DNA from: an uncultured Solirubrobacteraceae bacterium
GTDB taxonomy: Bacteria; Actinomycetota; Thermoleophilia; Solirubrobacterales; Solirubrobacteraceae
DNA length: 64,000 nucleotides
NCBI GenBank assembly: GCA_963717415.1
Contig: OY970331.1
Span: forward strand, 730,709 to 794,708
Direction: 5' to 3'
The position numbers and the translations under genes are program-made. Below the pieces are notes generated by a model that worked only from the letters and a program-made list of their open reading frames with translations, made no database searches and was not told the origin of the DNA. This document shows, one piece after another, positions 39,319-48,859 of the stretch. Within the stretch, counting starts at the first letter, position 1, and the number at the start of each line of letters is the position of its first letter.

Positions 39319-39555
39319 CTGTGCCCCCTTTGACCGCTGAGCATTACATCCGCTCTCAAGCAGAGTACGGGACCGATCGCCCCCGTCTAGCGAACTTCCT
39401 TCGCGCGATCCCGCGGGAAACTACTTACACTGGGCTTGCGGGCGGCAGGTGGTGGCACGCCCTGGCGACCAGCCCAGATCGCTGAACTCTGTCTTCGTGC
39501 GATTTCAACCTATATGGCCGATGCTCGCCCGGCGTCCCCGCGCTGCAATGGAGCA

Positions 39556-39930
39556 GTGGCCACGACCGAAGACACGCTCGCGAGAATCGCGCTCAGGGAC
39601 GAGGGCTTCATCCAATCCTTGAGCCGGTCTGGCGGCGAGGGACCTGAGCTAGACACTGAGCTCGACCAACGCACGTGTGAGCTCGTCAAGCTAGCTGTGC
39701 TGATCGGTATCGAGGGAGGTATCCCGTCCTATGTCGCGACTGTCCAGGCGGCCCAAGCCGCGGGCGCATCGGACGCAGAAATCGTCGACACTCTCGTAGC
39801 GGTCCTCCCGTCGGCTGGTGTCGTTCGGACCAGCTCGGCCGCGCCGAAGCTTGCGCTCGCGCTCGGATATGAGCCGAACCACGCGCTCCGGGAGGACGAG
39901 CCCGAAGCGCCGCGGGGACATCGCCCATGA
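39556..39930 (+). CDS. carboxymuconolactone decarboxylase (CMD/AhpD-like) family protein lacking CxxC
   Basis: LDQRTCELVKLAVLI..AGASDAEIVDTL..SSAAPKLALALGY. Confidence 0.8.
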   Translation: MATTEDTLARIALRDEGFIQSLSRSGGEGPELDTELDQRTCELVKLAVLIGIEGGIPSYVATVQAAQAAGASDAEIVDTLVAVLPSAGVVRTSSAAPKLALALGYEPNHALREDEPEAPRGHRP

Positions 39931-40386
39931 CAGTCGTCCCGGGAAAGTCTCGAGCAGGGAACGCGGACGATCGCGCCACCACTTTTCTTCAGCATTCGAC
40001 CGGCGCCTGATTGGAGTTGAATATCGATGACCGCCGTCATCTCGAGCCACGTATCCATCCCGGACACCGCCAGCGGGCTACGCCCAATGACGCCGGGGGG
40101 GACGGTCCGGCTCGGAGAAGGCCGCGCCGAGGAAGGTCGCACGGATTCATTGGACCAGCGACCTGAACGGTCGAAGCATATGCGGCATGGCGGGAGGCGT
40201 CGAATGATGTCTTCCGCGTGTAGGCGAACCGCCCGAAACGTATCCCACTCTTTGACAGGGCGCCCGATGCTCAAGATCGTCAAAAGACGGGCAGCCGTAG
40301 TCGCGATGTGTTGCGTCTCTAACGGGCTGCCCGTACCTCGCCCATCCACCCATCCAAGACCTCAAACAACGCCTAGGGGGTAGGCG

Positions 40387-41868
40387 ATGTCTCCTTCAAC
40401 AGTCCAGTCTTCAAGTGGGACTCGCCCGATTCGTGGCTCAGCCACCGCAAAAGGGAACGGTACGGTCAAGGCGGTACCGCACCTGAGCGTCTCAGAGCGT
40501 GTGGCCCGCGGCAAGGCGGCCCGTGCCGAAGTGCCCCGGGCCAGCCAGGCAGAGTTTCACCCGTCGCCGCGGCGCCCTGATCCGATAAAGCTACTGGAAC
40601 GCCAGGCAAACACGCGCGTGCCGGAGCTCGTGCCGATCCGCTATGGGCGTATGCTGGTCTCGCCGTTCACGTTCTACCGCGGAGCTGCGCTGATCATGGC
40701 CAGCGACCTCGCCGCGACGCCTCGCTCGGGGCTTCAGGTGCAGTGCTGCGGCGATGCGCACCTGTCCAATTTTGGCGTGTTCGCCTCGCCCGAGCGGCGG
40801 CTGGTGTTCGACGTCAACGACTTCGACGAGACGCTCCCAGGACCCTGGGAGTGGGACGTAAAGCGCCTCGCGGTGAGCATGCTCATTGCAGCGCAGTACA
40901 ACGGTTTCCCGGTCAAGGCCCAGGAGCAGATCGTGCTCGACACCGTCGCGGAGTACCGCAACGCGATGGCACAGTTCGCCGCGATGAAGAACCTCGAGGT
41001 CTGGTACGCGCACCTGGACGTCGAGGCGGCGGTCGCCGAACTCGGCTCGCAGTTCAAGGCCAAGCAGGTCAAGCGCACCGAGAAGACGCTCGCCAAGGCC
41101 CGCACCAAGGACAGCATGACCGCATTCTCCAAACTCTGCCGCGAGGTCGACGGGCAGCCACGGATCATGGCCGAACCGCCTTTGATCGTCCCGATCGACG
41201 AACTCGCGCAGGGCATGGAACGCGACGAAATGTTCGATGCCCTGCACGAGACCCTGAGCTCATTCCGCACGACGCTCCAGCGCGACAGGCGTGTCCTGCT
41301 CGAGCAGTTCCAGCTGGTCGACTTCGCGCGCAAAGTGGTGGGCGTCGGCAGCGTCGGCACGCGCGCCTGGATCGCCCTGCTGGTCGGCCGCGATGGTCAG
41401 GATCCGCTGTTCCTGCAGCTGAAGGAGGCGGAGGCATCGGTGCTCGAGGAGTTCCTGGAGGAGAGCGAGTTCGAGAACCACGGCGAGCGGGTCGTCACCG
41501 GACAGCGCCTGATGCAGGCCTCGAGCGACATCTTCCTCGGCTGGCTGCACGTCGAGTCAGGACTCGACAATAAGGCCCGCGACTTCTACGGTCGACAGCT
41601 GAAGGACTGGAAGGGCTCGGCCGAAGTCGAACAGATGGTGCCGAGCGGCATGACCACATATGGCAGGCTGTGCGGCTGGACGCTCGCACGCGCGCATGCC
41701 CGCAGCGGCGACCGCATCGCGATCGCCGCCTACCTCGGCAAGAGTGCCGCCTTCGACCGCGCGATCGTCGAGTTCTCCCACGCCTACGCCGACCAGAACG
41801 AGCGCGACTACAGCGCCCTGGCCCACGCGGTCGAATCCGGCCGCATCACCGCCGAGACGGGGCTCTAA
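40387..41868 (+). CDS. DUF2252 family protein (kinase-like)
   Basis: RYGRMLVSPFTFYRG, CGDAHLSNFG, DVNDFDE, KVVGVGSVG, LARAHARSGD. Confidence 0.92.
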   Translation: MSPSTVQSSSGTRPIRGSATAKGNGTVKAVPHLSVSERVARGKAARAEVPRASQAEFHPSPRRPDPIKLLERQANTRVPELVPIRYGRMLVSPFTFYRGAALIMASDLAATPRSGLQVQCCGDAHLSNFGVFASPERRLVFDVNDFDETLPGPWEWDVKRLAVSMLIAAQYNGFPVKAQEQIVLDTVAEYRNAMAQFAAMKNLEVWYAHLDVEAAVAELGSQFKAKQVKRTEKTLAKARTKDSMTAFSKLCREVDGQPRIMAEPPLIVPIDELAQGMERDEMFDALHETLSSFRTTLQRDRRVLLEQFQLVDFARKVVGVGSVGTRAWIALLVGRDGQDPLFLQLKEAEASVLEEFLEESEFENHGERVVTGQRLMQASSDIFLGWLHVESGLDNKARDFYGRQLKDWKGSAEVEQMVPSGMTTYGRLCGWTLARAHARSGDRIAIAAYLGKSAAFDRAIVEFSHAYADQNERDYSALAHAVESGRITAETGL

Positions 41869-41921
41869 CCCCGTGGAGTGATCCAAACACGCCCCGCCAA
41901 ACCACGATCAAGGAGATCTGA

Positions 41922-42380
41922 GTGTCGCCAGAACCAACAGCCCAGCCCGACGAGTTCGAGGCGCTGTACGTCCAGAGTGCCCAGGGGGTGACGAGCGCCA
42001 ACGGCTCGATGACACTTCAGGGGCTGGCACCCTCTACGCTGATGTTCTCTGACCGCCCCGAGCGCATCGTCGGCCACCTCACCTCCGCACAGTTCGTGGA
42101 GGGCTGGGGAGATGGGGATAACAGCTTCCTCGAGGATCCCCCGAACGCCGTCCTCTCATTCCTCGCGTCCCAGGATGAGACGCCCGAGGACGTGGTGGTC
42201 ACGCTCACGAGCCCGCGCTTGGACGGTGAGACACTCACCTACAGCGTGGACGTGCTCGAAGGCGAGATGCCCAATGCAACGGGCCCTTGCTCACTGTTCA
42301 TAGACCCGATCGGCCGGCCGCTGAGCCCCGTGTCGGTGTGTGGCGTGCGCCGACGCTCGCGCCGGCGGGCGGGTCGATGA
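41922..42380 (+). CDS. conserved hypothetical protein
   Basis: RBS AAGGAG; LYVQSA..FSDRPER..W..SFLEDPPNA..LFID. Confidence 0.75.
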   Translation: MSPEPTAQPDEFEALYVQSAQGVTSANGSMTLQGLAPSTLMFSDRPERIVGHLTSAQFVEGWGDGDNSFLEDPPNAVLSFLASQDETPEDVVVTLTSPRLDGETLTYSVDVLEGEMPNATGPCSLFIDPIGRPLSPVSVCGVRRRSRRRAGR

Positions 42381-42534
42381 TGCATTCGCGCCAGCTGCGG
42401 CGCTCGGCTGCCCAAGGGATGGCTCGGACCGACACTCGCGCCGCCAGAACCTTGATGCAGCGGCACGATTCGAGAGCTCCACAGACCTGCTCAGACACTC
42501 TTCCGTTTCTCCTCGATAGATAAAGGACGACACT

Positions 42535-42780
42535 ATGATCCTTGCAACCAGTTACCCATTCCTCGAAATCCTCTGGACGATGCTCATCTTCTTCGCCTTG
42601 GTGGTCTGGATCTGGCTCATCATCACCGTGCTGGCTGACATCTTCCGTCGCCATGACGAGTCCGGGTGGACCAAGGTCCTGTGGATCATCTTCATCATCG
42701 TGGTGCCGTTTCTTGGGGTCTTTGTCTATCTCATCGCCGAGAACGCCGGGATGGCCGAACGGGCCTTGAGTAGGCAATAG
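42535..42780 (+). CDS. PLDc N-terminal domain membrane protein (SHOCT tail absent, possibly truncated)
   Basis: DIFRRHDESGWTKVLW..PFLGVFVYLIA; RBS AAGGA. Confidence 0.75.
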   Translation: MILATSYPFLEILWTMLIFFALVVWIWLIITVLADIFRRHDESGWTKVLWIIFIIVVPFLGVFVYLIAENAGMAERALSRQ

Positions 42781-42790
42781 CGGCTCGGTC

Positions 42791-44455
42791 GTGACCTCGA
42801 CGTCGAGCAAGGCAGCCGCGACAGCGGCCGGCGGTGTTCTGCTGACCCTGTGCGCGGGCCAGTTCCTGATGATGCTCGACAGCTCGGTGATGAACGTGTC
42901 GATCGCGACGGTCGCGAAGGACGTCGGCACGACCGTCACCGGGATCCAGACCGCGATCACCCTCTACACGCTGGTGATGGCCGCGTTCATGATCACCGGC
43001 GGGAAGATCGGCCAGATCATCGGCCGCAAGCGCGCTTTCGCGATCGGGTGCGTGATCTATGGCTGCGGCTCGTTCATCACGGCCATCTCGCCGAGCCTCG
43101 GGGTGCTGCTGCTCGGATGGTCATTCCTCGAGGGCATCGGGGCCGTGCTGATCCTGCCGTCGATCGTCGCGCTCGTGGCTGTGAACTATGGCCCCGCCGA
43201 ACGGCCGCGCGCCTATGGGATGGTCGCCGCGGCGACCGCGATCGCGATCGGGGTCGGCCCGATCGTCGGCGGCCTGTTCACCACCTACCTGTCATGGCGC
43301 TGGGTGTTCGCGGGCGAGGTCGCGATCGTGCTCGCGATCCTCGTCCTCGCCCGCCGCATACCCGAGGGGCCGCGTGAGAAGTCGGGGCATCTGGACCTCG
43401 TGGGCACAGCGCTGTCGGCGCTCGGCCTCGGGCTGATCGTCTTCGGTGTCCTGCGCTCAGGTGTATGGGGTTTCGTCAAACCCAAACCGGGGGCTCCCGA
43501 ATGGATCGGCCTCTCGCCGGTGATCTGGCTGATGCTCGCCGGCGGTCTGGTCCTCTATCTGTTCATCGAGTGGGAGGATCGGGTGCTCGCCCGTGGCGGC
43601 GAGCCGCTCCTTGACCCGAAGATCCTGCAGGTCCACGTGTTGCGCGGCGGCCTGAACTCGTTCTTCTTCCAGTTCTTCGTGCAAAGCGGGGTGGCATTCG
43701 CCGTGCCGCTGTTCCTCTCCGTCGCACTAGGGCTCTCCGCGATCCAGACCGGGGTGAGGTTCCTGCCGCTATCGATCGCCCTGATCCTCGCGGCAGCCGG
43801 CATCCCGAAGCTCTTCCCCAAAGCATCGCCGCGCCGGGTGGTCCAGCTCGGTTTCATCGCGATGTTTGCCGGCCTCGTGATCCTGGTCGCCGCGCTCCAG
43901 GAAGGCGCGGGAGCGGAGATAACGACCTTCCCGATGCTGCTCATCGGCCTCGGAATCGGAGCGCTATCCTCCCAGCTCGGGGCCGTCACCGTCTCGTCCG
44001 TCTCCGACGAGCAGAGCAGCGCGGTCGGCGGGCTGCAGAACACGATCACGAACCTCGGCATCTCCATGGGCACGGCGCTGACGGGCGCGATCGTCATCGC
44101 CGCGCTGAGCACGTCGTTTCTGACGGGGGTGCAGCAGAACTCGGCTGTCCCCGCGCCGGTCAAATCGCAGGCAACTACAAAGCTCGGCGGGGGCGTCCCC
44201 TTCATCTCCGACAAGCAGTTGAAGGACGCGCTCAACAAGGCTCATGTGCCACCCAGGGCCACGGACGCCGTCGTCGAAGAAAACGCCAAAGCGCGCCTGG
44301 ACGGGCTGCGCGAGGCGCTGTCGATACTCGCAATCTTCGCGTTGATCGGACTGGCCTTCAGCCGGCGCATCCCCACCAAACAGCCCGGCTCCTCGAAAGA
44401 ACCGGCGCCCGCGCCAGGCATGGCGGACCCAACCCCAACGGCTGCAGCAGCGTGA
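42791..44455 (+). CDS. MFS transporter
   Basis: LDSSVMNVSI, GGKIGQIIGRKRAF, SWRWVFAGE; about 14 TM helices. Confidence 0.9.
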   Translation: MTSTSSKAAATAAGGVLLTLCAGQFLMMLDSSVMNVSIATVAKDVGTTVTGIQTAITLYTLVMAAFMITGGKIGQIIGRKRAFAIGCVIYGCGSFITAISPSLGVLLLGWSFLEGIGAVLILPSIVALVAVNYGPAERPRAYGMVAAATAIAIGVGPIVGGLFTTYLSWRWVFAGEVAIVLAILVLARRIPEGPREKSGHLDLVGTALSALGLGLIVFGVLRSGVWGFVKPKPGAPEWIGLSPVIWLMLAGGLVLYLFIEWEDRVLARGGEPLLDPKILQVHVLRGGLNSFFFQFFVQSGVAFAVPLFLSVALGLSAIQTGVRFLPLSIALILAAAGIPKLFPKASPRRVVQLGFIAMFAGLVILVAALQEGAGAEITTFPMLLIGLGIGALSSQLGAVTVSSVSDEQSSAVGGLQNTITNLGISMGTALTGAIVIAALSTSFLTGVQQNSAVPAPVKSQATTKLGGGVPFISDKQLKDALNKAHVPPRATDAVVEENAKARLDGLREALSILAIFALIGLAFSRRIPTKQPGSSKEPAPAPGMADPTPTAAAA

Positions 44456-44491
44456 CATTGCCCCGCTCGGCCAGAGAGGGTCGTGGTCGGG

Positions 44492-45184
44492 ATGCCTGAG
44501 GGCCTTTCGGCGACCGAGGTGGGGAAGGAGATCGCCGAGCACAGCGAGCACGCCGACGATCACACCCGACGTGACCGCTACGTGTCGATCGCCGAGGCGG
44601 TGCTGCTCTCGCTCGTGGCGATCATGGCCGCATGGTCGGGGTACGCAGCGGCGAAGTGGGGCACCGACTCCTCGCTCTCGCTGGCGAAAGCATCCTCCAC
44701 ACGGACCAAGGCCAACCAAGCCGCCATCGAAGCGACGCAGATCCGCACGCTGGACTCGGTGGACTTCAATGCCGCAATCACTGCCTACGCCACGCACGAT
44801 CCCCTGCTCTTCCGCGTCGCGCTCAAGCGGCTGCGCCCGAGCGCACTCGCGGCCGTGGAAGCATGGCGGGCCACCAAGCCCCTCACGAACCCCAACGCGC
44901 CAGCGGACCCGTCCGACATGCCGCAGTACCGGATACCCCAACAGGCGCAGGCCAAGGCCCTCAACGCGAAGGCCGATGCCTACTTCAACCGCGGCCAGTC
45001 GTCCGCGGGAACCGCGGACAAGTACGTGCGCCTCACGGTCTTCCTGGCCGCCGTCCTGTTTCTGGTCGGAATCGGCAGCCGGCTGCCGCTCCCTGCAGCG
45101 CGCTACGGGCTGGTCGGGGTCGCCAGCGTGCTGTTCGTTGTATCGGTCGTGGAGCTCCTCAGCCTTCGCGGACCACCGAGCTGA
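44492..45184 (+). CDS. DUF4337-like membrane protein
   Basis: EAVLLSLVA..AWSGY..A.W; YVRLTVFLA.VLFL.GI. Confidence 0.6.
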   Translation: MPEGLSATEVGKEIAEHSEHADDHTRRDRYVSIAEAVLLSLVAIMAAWSGYAAAKWGTDSSLSLAKASSTRTKANQAAIEATQIRTLDSVDFNAAITAYATHDPLLFRVALKRLRPSALAAVEAWRATKPLTNPNAPADPSDMPQYRIPQQAQAKALNAKADAYFNRGQSSAGTADKYVRLTVFLAAVLFLVGIGSRLPLPAARYGLVGVASVLFVVSVVELLSLRGPPS

Positions 45185-45380
45185 CCAGCCATAGACGCAC
45201 GCTCGCTGCCGATTCGCATAGGCGCGAGCGTCCGGTCGACGACCCCGCCACGATCGCAATGCACGAGCTTCGGCCGTGAGCCGGCGTCTTCAAAGCTCTT
45301 CCGCGACACCGGACCCGTGCCCATGGGCCCGCACCTGAGCGGCCACCTACCAGGGCTGATCCGCTCGGGCGGAACCGTGC

Positions 45381-46667
45381 TCAGGCCAATACGGCGGGCT
45401 GGCTGGCCTGCACCGCGCTGGCTCCGCGGGCCCGGTGTTCGTGCGCAGGTTTGCTCTCCATCTCGGGAGCTTGCACGCCTGCCGCGGCGCGGTACCAGGC
45501 GGCGTAGCGGTTCACGAGCGGCGACGCCGACAGGCCGTGGACGAGTACCGACAAGCCAACCGTCAAATAGCAGGCCGTGAGGATCGTTCCGCTGTGAGCC
45601 TGATGTGTGTCCTCGACGATCACCGCGAACACGATCGACGCGAGCCCGCGCGGACCGAACCAGCCGATGAACGCCACGGTCGGGCCGCGCGCCTTGGTAC
45701 CCAACAGGCAGAGGGCGACGGGCAGCATGCGAACGATCGTCAGGCTCAGCACGGCATAGAGCGCGATCTGCCAGCTCACGTGCTCGAGCGCGGGCCCGAG
45801 CAGGATGGCACCGAACACGAGGAACGTGACGGCGTCGAGCAGCGCCCCGGTCTCTTCGGCGAAACGCATCGTTGCGAGCGAGTTCTTGCGGGCGATCAGG
45901 CCGAACAGTGCGCCAGCCGTGAAGGCAGCGATGAAGCCCGAACCGCCGAGAGCCTCGGCGATCCCGTACGCGAGCACCGCCGCGGCCACGGGGACGATCT
46001 GCCGCCACTCATCGGCGATCAGGCCTCTGGCGCCGGCGGTGTTCACAATCGCCGCTGCAATCGCTCCCGCGACGATGCCGCCGGCGAGCCCGTAGCCGAT
46101 CTCTTCGCCGATCACCTGCGCCGGGTGGGTCGCGCCAGCGGCTCCGGAGGACGTCGCCAGAACGATCAACAGGATCGGAACGCAGATCCCGTCGTTCAGC
46201 CCGCTCTCGACGTTGAGCGATTGGCGCACACGTTGCGGAAGGCTCGGGTCCGTCACTACGGCGCTGCCGAGCCCCGCGTCCGTCGGCGCGAGGATCACGC
46301 CGAGGATCAGCGCCTCGCTAAGTGAGAACGATCCGAACAGGGCGAGCGCGGCCAGTGAGCCGAGGACGATCGTCAGCGGCAAGCCAATGCCAAGTAATCG
46401 TGTGGGCATGGAGGCTTCGCGACGAACGGCCCGCAGGTCGATGCGCGAGGAATCCGAGAACAGCACCACCGCAAGCGTCGCTTCGGCCAGCTTCCGCACC
46501 GTCGCACTTGTCGGCCCCACGGTGACGCCATCGAAGACCAACGGGCCGGCGAGAACACCGATCGCGACCACAACCATCGCAGGCGTGATCGGCGTGCCCG
46601 ACAGCCGCCGCGACACCGCCGCCACGAGCAGCAGCGCGAGTCCGACAGTCGCGAGCCCCCAATCCAC
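45381..46667 (-). CDS. cation:proton antiporter (NhaP/CPA1-like)
   Basis: LAPTDAGLG, ESGLNDG, GWFGPRGLAS; TATGTT 6 nt before GTG. Confidence 0.9.
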   Translation of the reverse strand: MDWGLATVGLALLLVAAVSRRLSGTPITPAMVVVAIGVLAGPLVFDGVTVGPTSATVRKLAEATLAVVLFSDSSRIDLRAVRREASMPTRLLGIGLPLTIVLGSLAALALFGSFSLSEALILGVILAPTDAGLGSAVVTDPSLPQRVRQSLNVESGLNDGICVPILLIVLATSSGAAGATHPAQVIGEEIGYGLAGGIVAGAIAAAIVNTAGARGLIADEWRQIVPVAAAVLAYGIAEALGGSGFIAAFTAGALFGLIARKNSLATMRFAEETGALLDAVTFLVFGAILLGPALEHVSWQIALYAVLSLTIVRMLPVALCLLGTKARGPTVAFIGWFGPRGLASIVFAVIVEDTHQAHSGTILTACYLTVGLSVLVHGLSASPLVNRYAAWYRAAAGVQAPEMESKPAHEHRARGASAVQASQPAVLA

Positions 46668-46907
46668 GACGCCAACATACACGGCGGCGCCACCGTCCTC
46701 GTGGGAAAGGTGCCCAACGGCTCCGGAGCGTGACACCACGAGCGAGGGCTCTCTCTGCGGAAGAATCCTGACCGTGGGCGCGGGCTATTCGGGATGCCAA
46801 GGCGACCCTTAAGAGGAAGGGTTGTCCGTGTGCGGTAGACCCGCACGAGTGTCCGCCGGGCGGCGGGCCCTCGGAATACCCGTCCAAGCGGTGAACTGGA
46901 GATCAAA

Positions 46908-47426
46908 ATGAGCGAACGACCGGTTTTCATCTACGCAGCGACCTACGGCAGTACCGAAGAAGCCTGGGGCGACTACGAGATTCTTCTCGCTGCGCACGCA
47001 GAGAAGCTCGTGGGCACCTATGACGCCGCCGTGATCAACAAGGACACGGGTGGCAAGGTCCACGTCCACAAGCACGAGAAGGCCACCCAGCACGGCGCCT
47101 GGGGAGGCATCGCAGTCGGAGCGCTGGTCGGGGTGCTGTTCACGCCGGCGGTCCTCGGCGCGGCGGCCGTCGGCGGCGTTGTCGGCGGCCTCGGCGGACA
47201 CTTCAAAAAGGGCATCTCCCGCGGCGATGCAAAGGAACTCGGGGAGCTCCTGGAAGAAGGAGAAGCGGCGCTGGTCGTGATCGGGGAGTCGCGCCTCGGC
47301 GAACAGCTCGACAAGGCACTCACTCACGCCAAAAAGACCATCGAGAAGGAAGTTGATGCCGACAGCAAGGAATTCAAGCGGGAACTCGAAGAGGCGGCGA
47401 AGGAGAAGACACCCGTCGCTAGTTGA
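46908..47426 (+). CDS. DUF1269 family membrane protein (paralogue 2)
   Basis: Collinear with 36212-36724 (PVFIYAATY, KLVGTYD, TQHGAWGGIAVGA, GHFKKGIS); RBS GGAG. Confidence 0.82.
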   Translation: MSERPVFIYAATYGSTEEAWGDYEILLAAHAEKLVGTYDAAVINKDTGGKVHVHKHEKATQHGAWGGIAVGALVGVLFTPAVLGAAAVGGVVGGLGGHFKKGISRGDAKELGELLEEGEAALVVIGESRLGEQLDKALTHAKKTIEKEVDADSKEFKRELEEAAKEKTPVAS

Positions 47427-47873
47427 GCTAGTCAGCTGCGGCGGGCTGCTCGTCGGGCGGTTCACTACGTGAACAGTTCACCAGCGAGATTCGTGCACGC
47501 CGGAACTGGAGACATGGGGTGTTCCCCGGGACAGGACAGAGTGCACATGTACTTGAGCACGCACTTATCGCGTTGAGCGGAACCGGATACAAGATCTCGG
47601 CTACGTCGTGTGGCGCGCAGGAAAGTGGTATTTGCGGCGGCTTGTGCCCCCCGTCCCGTTGCTGGCTGCGGCAGCGGTCGCGACGCGCGAAGTCCGTTAG
47701 GCGAAGTTCGTCAAGCGCCGCCGTGTCTGCGTAGAGGGGATGGTCACGTCGAAACGCAGTCTCCGCGCACCGACGTGATTCGGTCTTCGTGGGGCACGCG
47801 CGAGGCTCCAAACGGGGGAAGCTCTGAGTAGTCACTCTTGGATCGTGCTCCTCGAGGGTCCCGGCGCCGCGGG

Positions 47874-48293
47874 CTACGCGACAGCGCTCGGTGCCCGCGC
47901 GGTGACTGTCCGCTCCTCGAAGGTGAATCCGGCTTCCATTGCGCGACGCACCGGGCAGGTCTCGGCCACGCGCTCGAGCCTGCGCTGCTGATCGGGCGTG
48001 AGGTCGCTGGGAAGATGCAGGTCGATCGCGAAGCGCCGCGGAGCGCTGTCAGGGTCGTAGTCGACCTCGACGGCCGTCTCGCCGATCTCCCAGCCGCGGT
48101 TTTGCGCGTACATGGCGATCATCGTCGCGACGCACGAGGCGAGGGTGGCGGCCAGCAGCTCGTGTGGCGCGGGCCCGTCGTCGGTGCCGCCGAGGCGCTC
48201 GGGCTCGTCGGTGACGATCGTGTGGCGGGCGTTGACGTCCACTTCGTGCTTGAGGCTGTTGCCCGCGCGGCGGGCGGTGGCGGTCATGGCCAT
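47874..48293 (-). CDS. OsmC family protein
   Basis: DEPERLGGTDDGPAPHELLAATLASC..AETCPV. Confidence 0.9.
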   Translation of the reverse strand: MAMTATARRAGNSLKHEVDVNARHTIVTDEPERLGGTDDGPAPHELLAATLASCVATMIAMYAQNRGWEIGETAVEVDYDPDSAPRRFAIDLHLPSDLTPDQQRRLERVAETCPVRRAMEAGFTFEERTVTARAPSAVA

Positions 48294-48355
48294 CAGGGCA
48301 TCACGCGGGCGCGCTTGCGGGTCGTCAGGAACATCTGCTGGGGACTGTTGACCAT
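48293..48355 (-). CDS. putative 20-aa leader peptide upstream of OsmC
   Basis: Strong RBS GGAGGAGG 6 nt before ATG; MVNSPQQMFLTTRKRARVMP; TGATG overlap with the OsmC start. Confidence 0.5.
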   Translation of the reverse strand: MVNSPQQMFLTTRKRARVMP

Positions 48356-48467
48356 GTCGTTCCTCCTCCGTGGAGTCTTCACTCGATGGTCCCTCAGATC
48401 GCGTTGAACACCGTCCGGCGCGACTACCCGATCCGATCGGTAGCTGGTACCCATACAATGACGGTAG

Positions 48468-48502
48468 CATACAACGATATAGTTGTGGTACGATAGACCA
48501 GC
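48468..48502 (+). promoter_or_regulatory. leaderless extended -10 promoter and candidate ArsR operator
   Basis: TG-G-TACGAT 8 nt before ATG 48503; inverted repeat acaac-gatata-gttgt (48471-48486); AT-rich patch. Confidence 0.55.
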
Positions 48503-48859
48503 ATGAGCACCATCATGGAAATTCCCCACCCGCTACCGACGCCGCTGGTCGAGCTGATCGCAGAGCGCTTTCGCGTCCTCGGCGAGCCGATGCGTATCCG
48601 TCTCCTGGACGCGCTGCGCGAGGCTCCGGCCACCGTCCAGGAGCTCCAGCGGGCCACCGGCGCGTCCCAGCAAAGCGTTTCCAAGCATCTCGGCCTGCTG
48701 CTTCGCAGCGGGTTGGTGAGTCGCAGCAAGGAGGGCAACTTCTCGCTCTACGCGATCGCCGACGAAGGTGTCTTCGACTTGTGCGAGCAGGTCTGCGGTG
48801 GTCTGCGCCGCCAGCTGGACGAGCTCGACTCACTATTGCCAGGAGGAGCCAACCGATGA
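48503..48859 (+). CDS. ArsR/SmtB family regulator with C-terminal CxxxC (candidate persulfide sensor)
   Basis: FRVLGEPMRIRLL..SQQSVSKHLGLL..VFDLCEQVCGGL. Confidence 0.88.
   Translation: MSTIMEIPHPLPTPLVELIAERFRVLGEPMRIRLLDALREAPATVQELQRATGASQQSVSKHLGLLLRSGLVSRSKEGNFSLYAIADEGVFDLCEQVCGGLRRQLDELDSLLPGGANR

Noticed and set aside
47430-47870. Intergenic tract between the DUF1269 cluster and the sulfur module as a mobile-element end
   Set aside because: No terminal inverted repeats, target duplication or tRNA fragment that I can support
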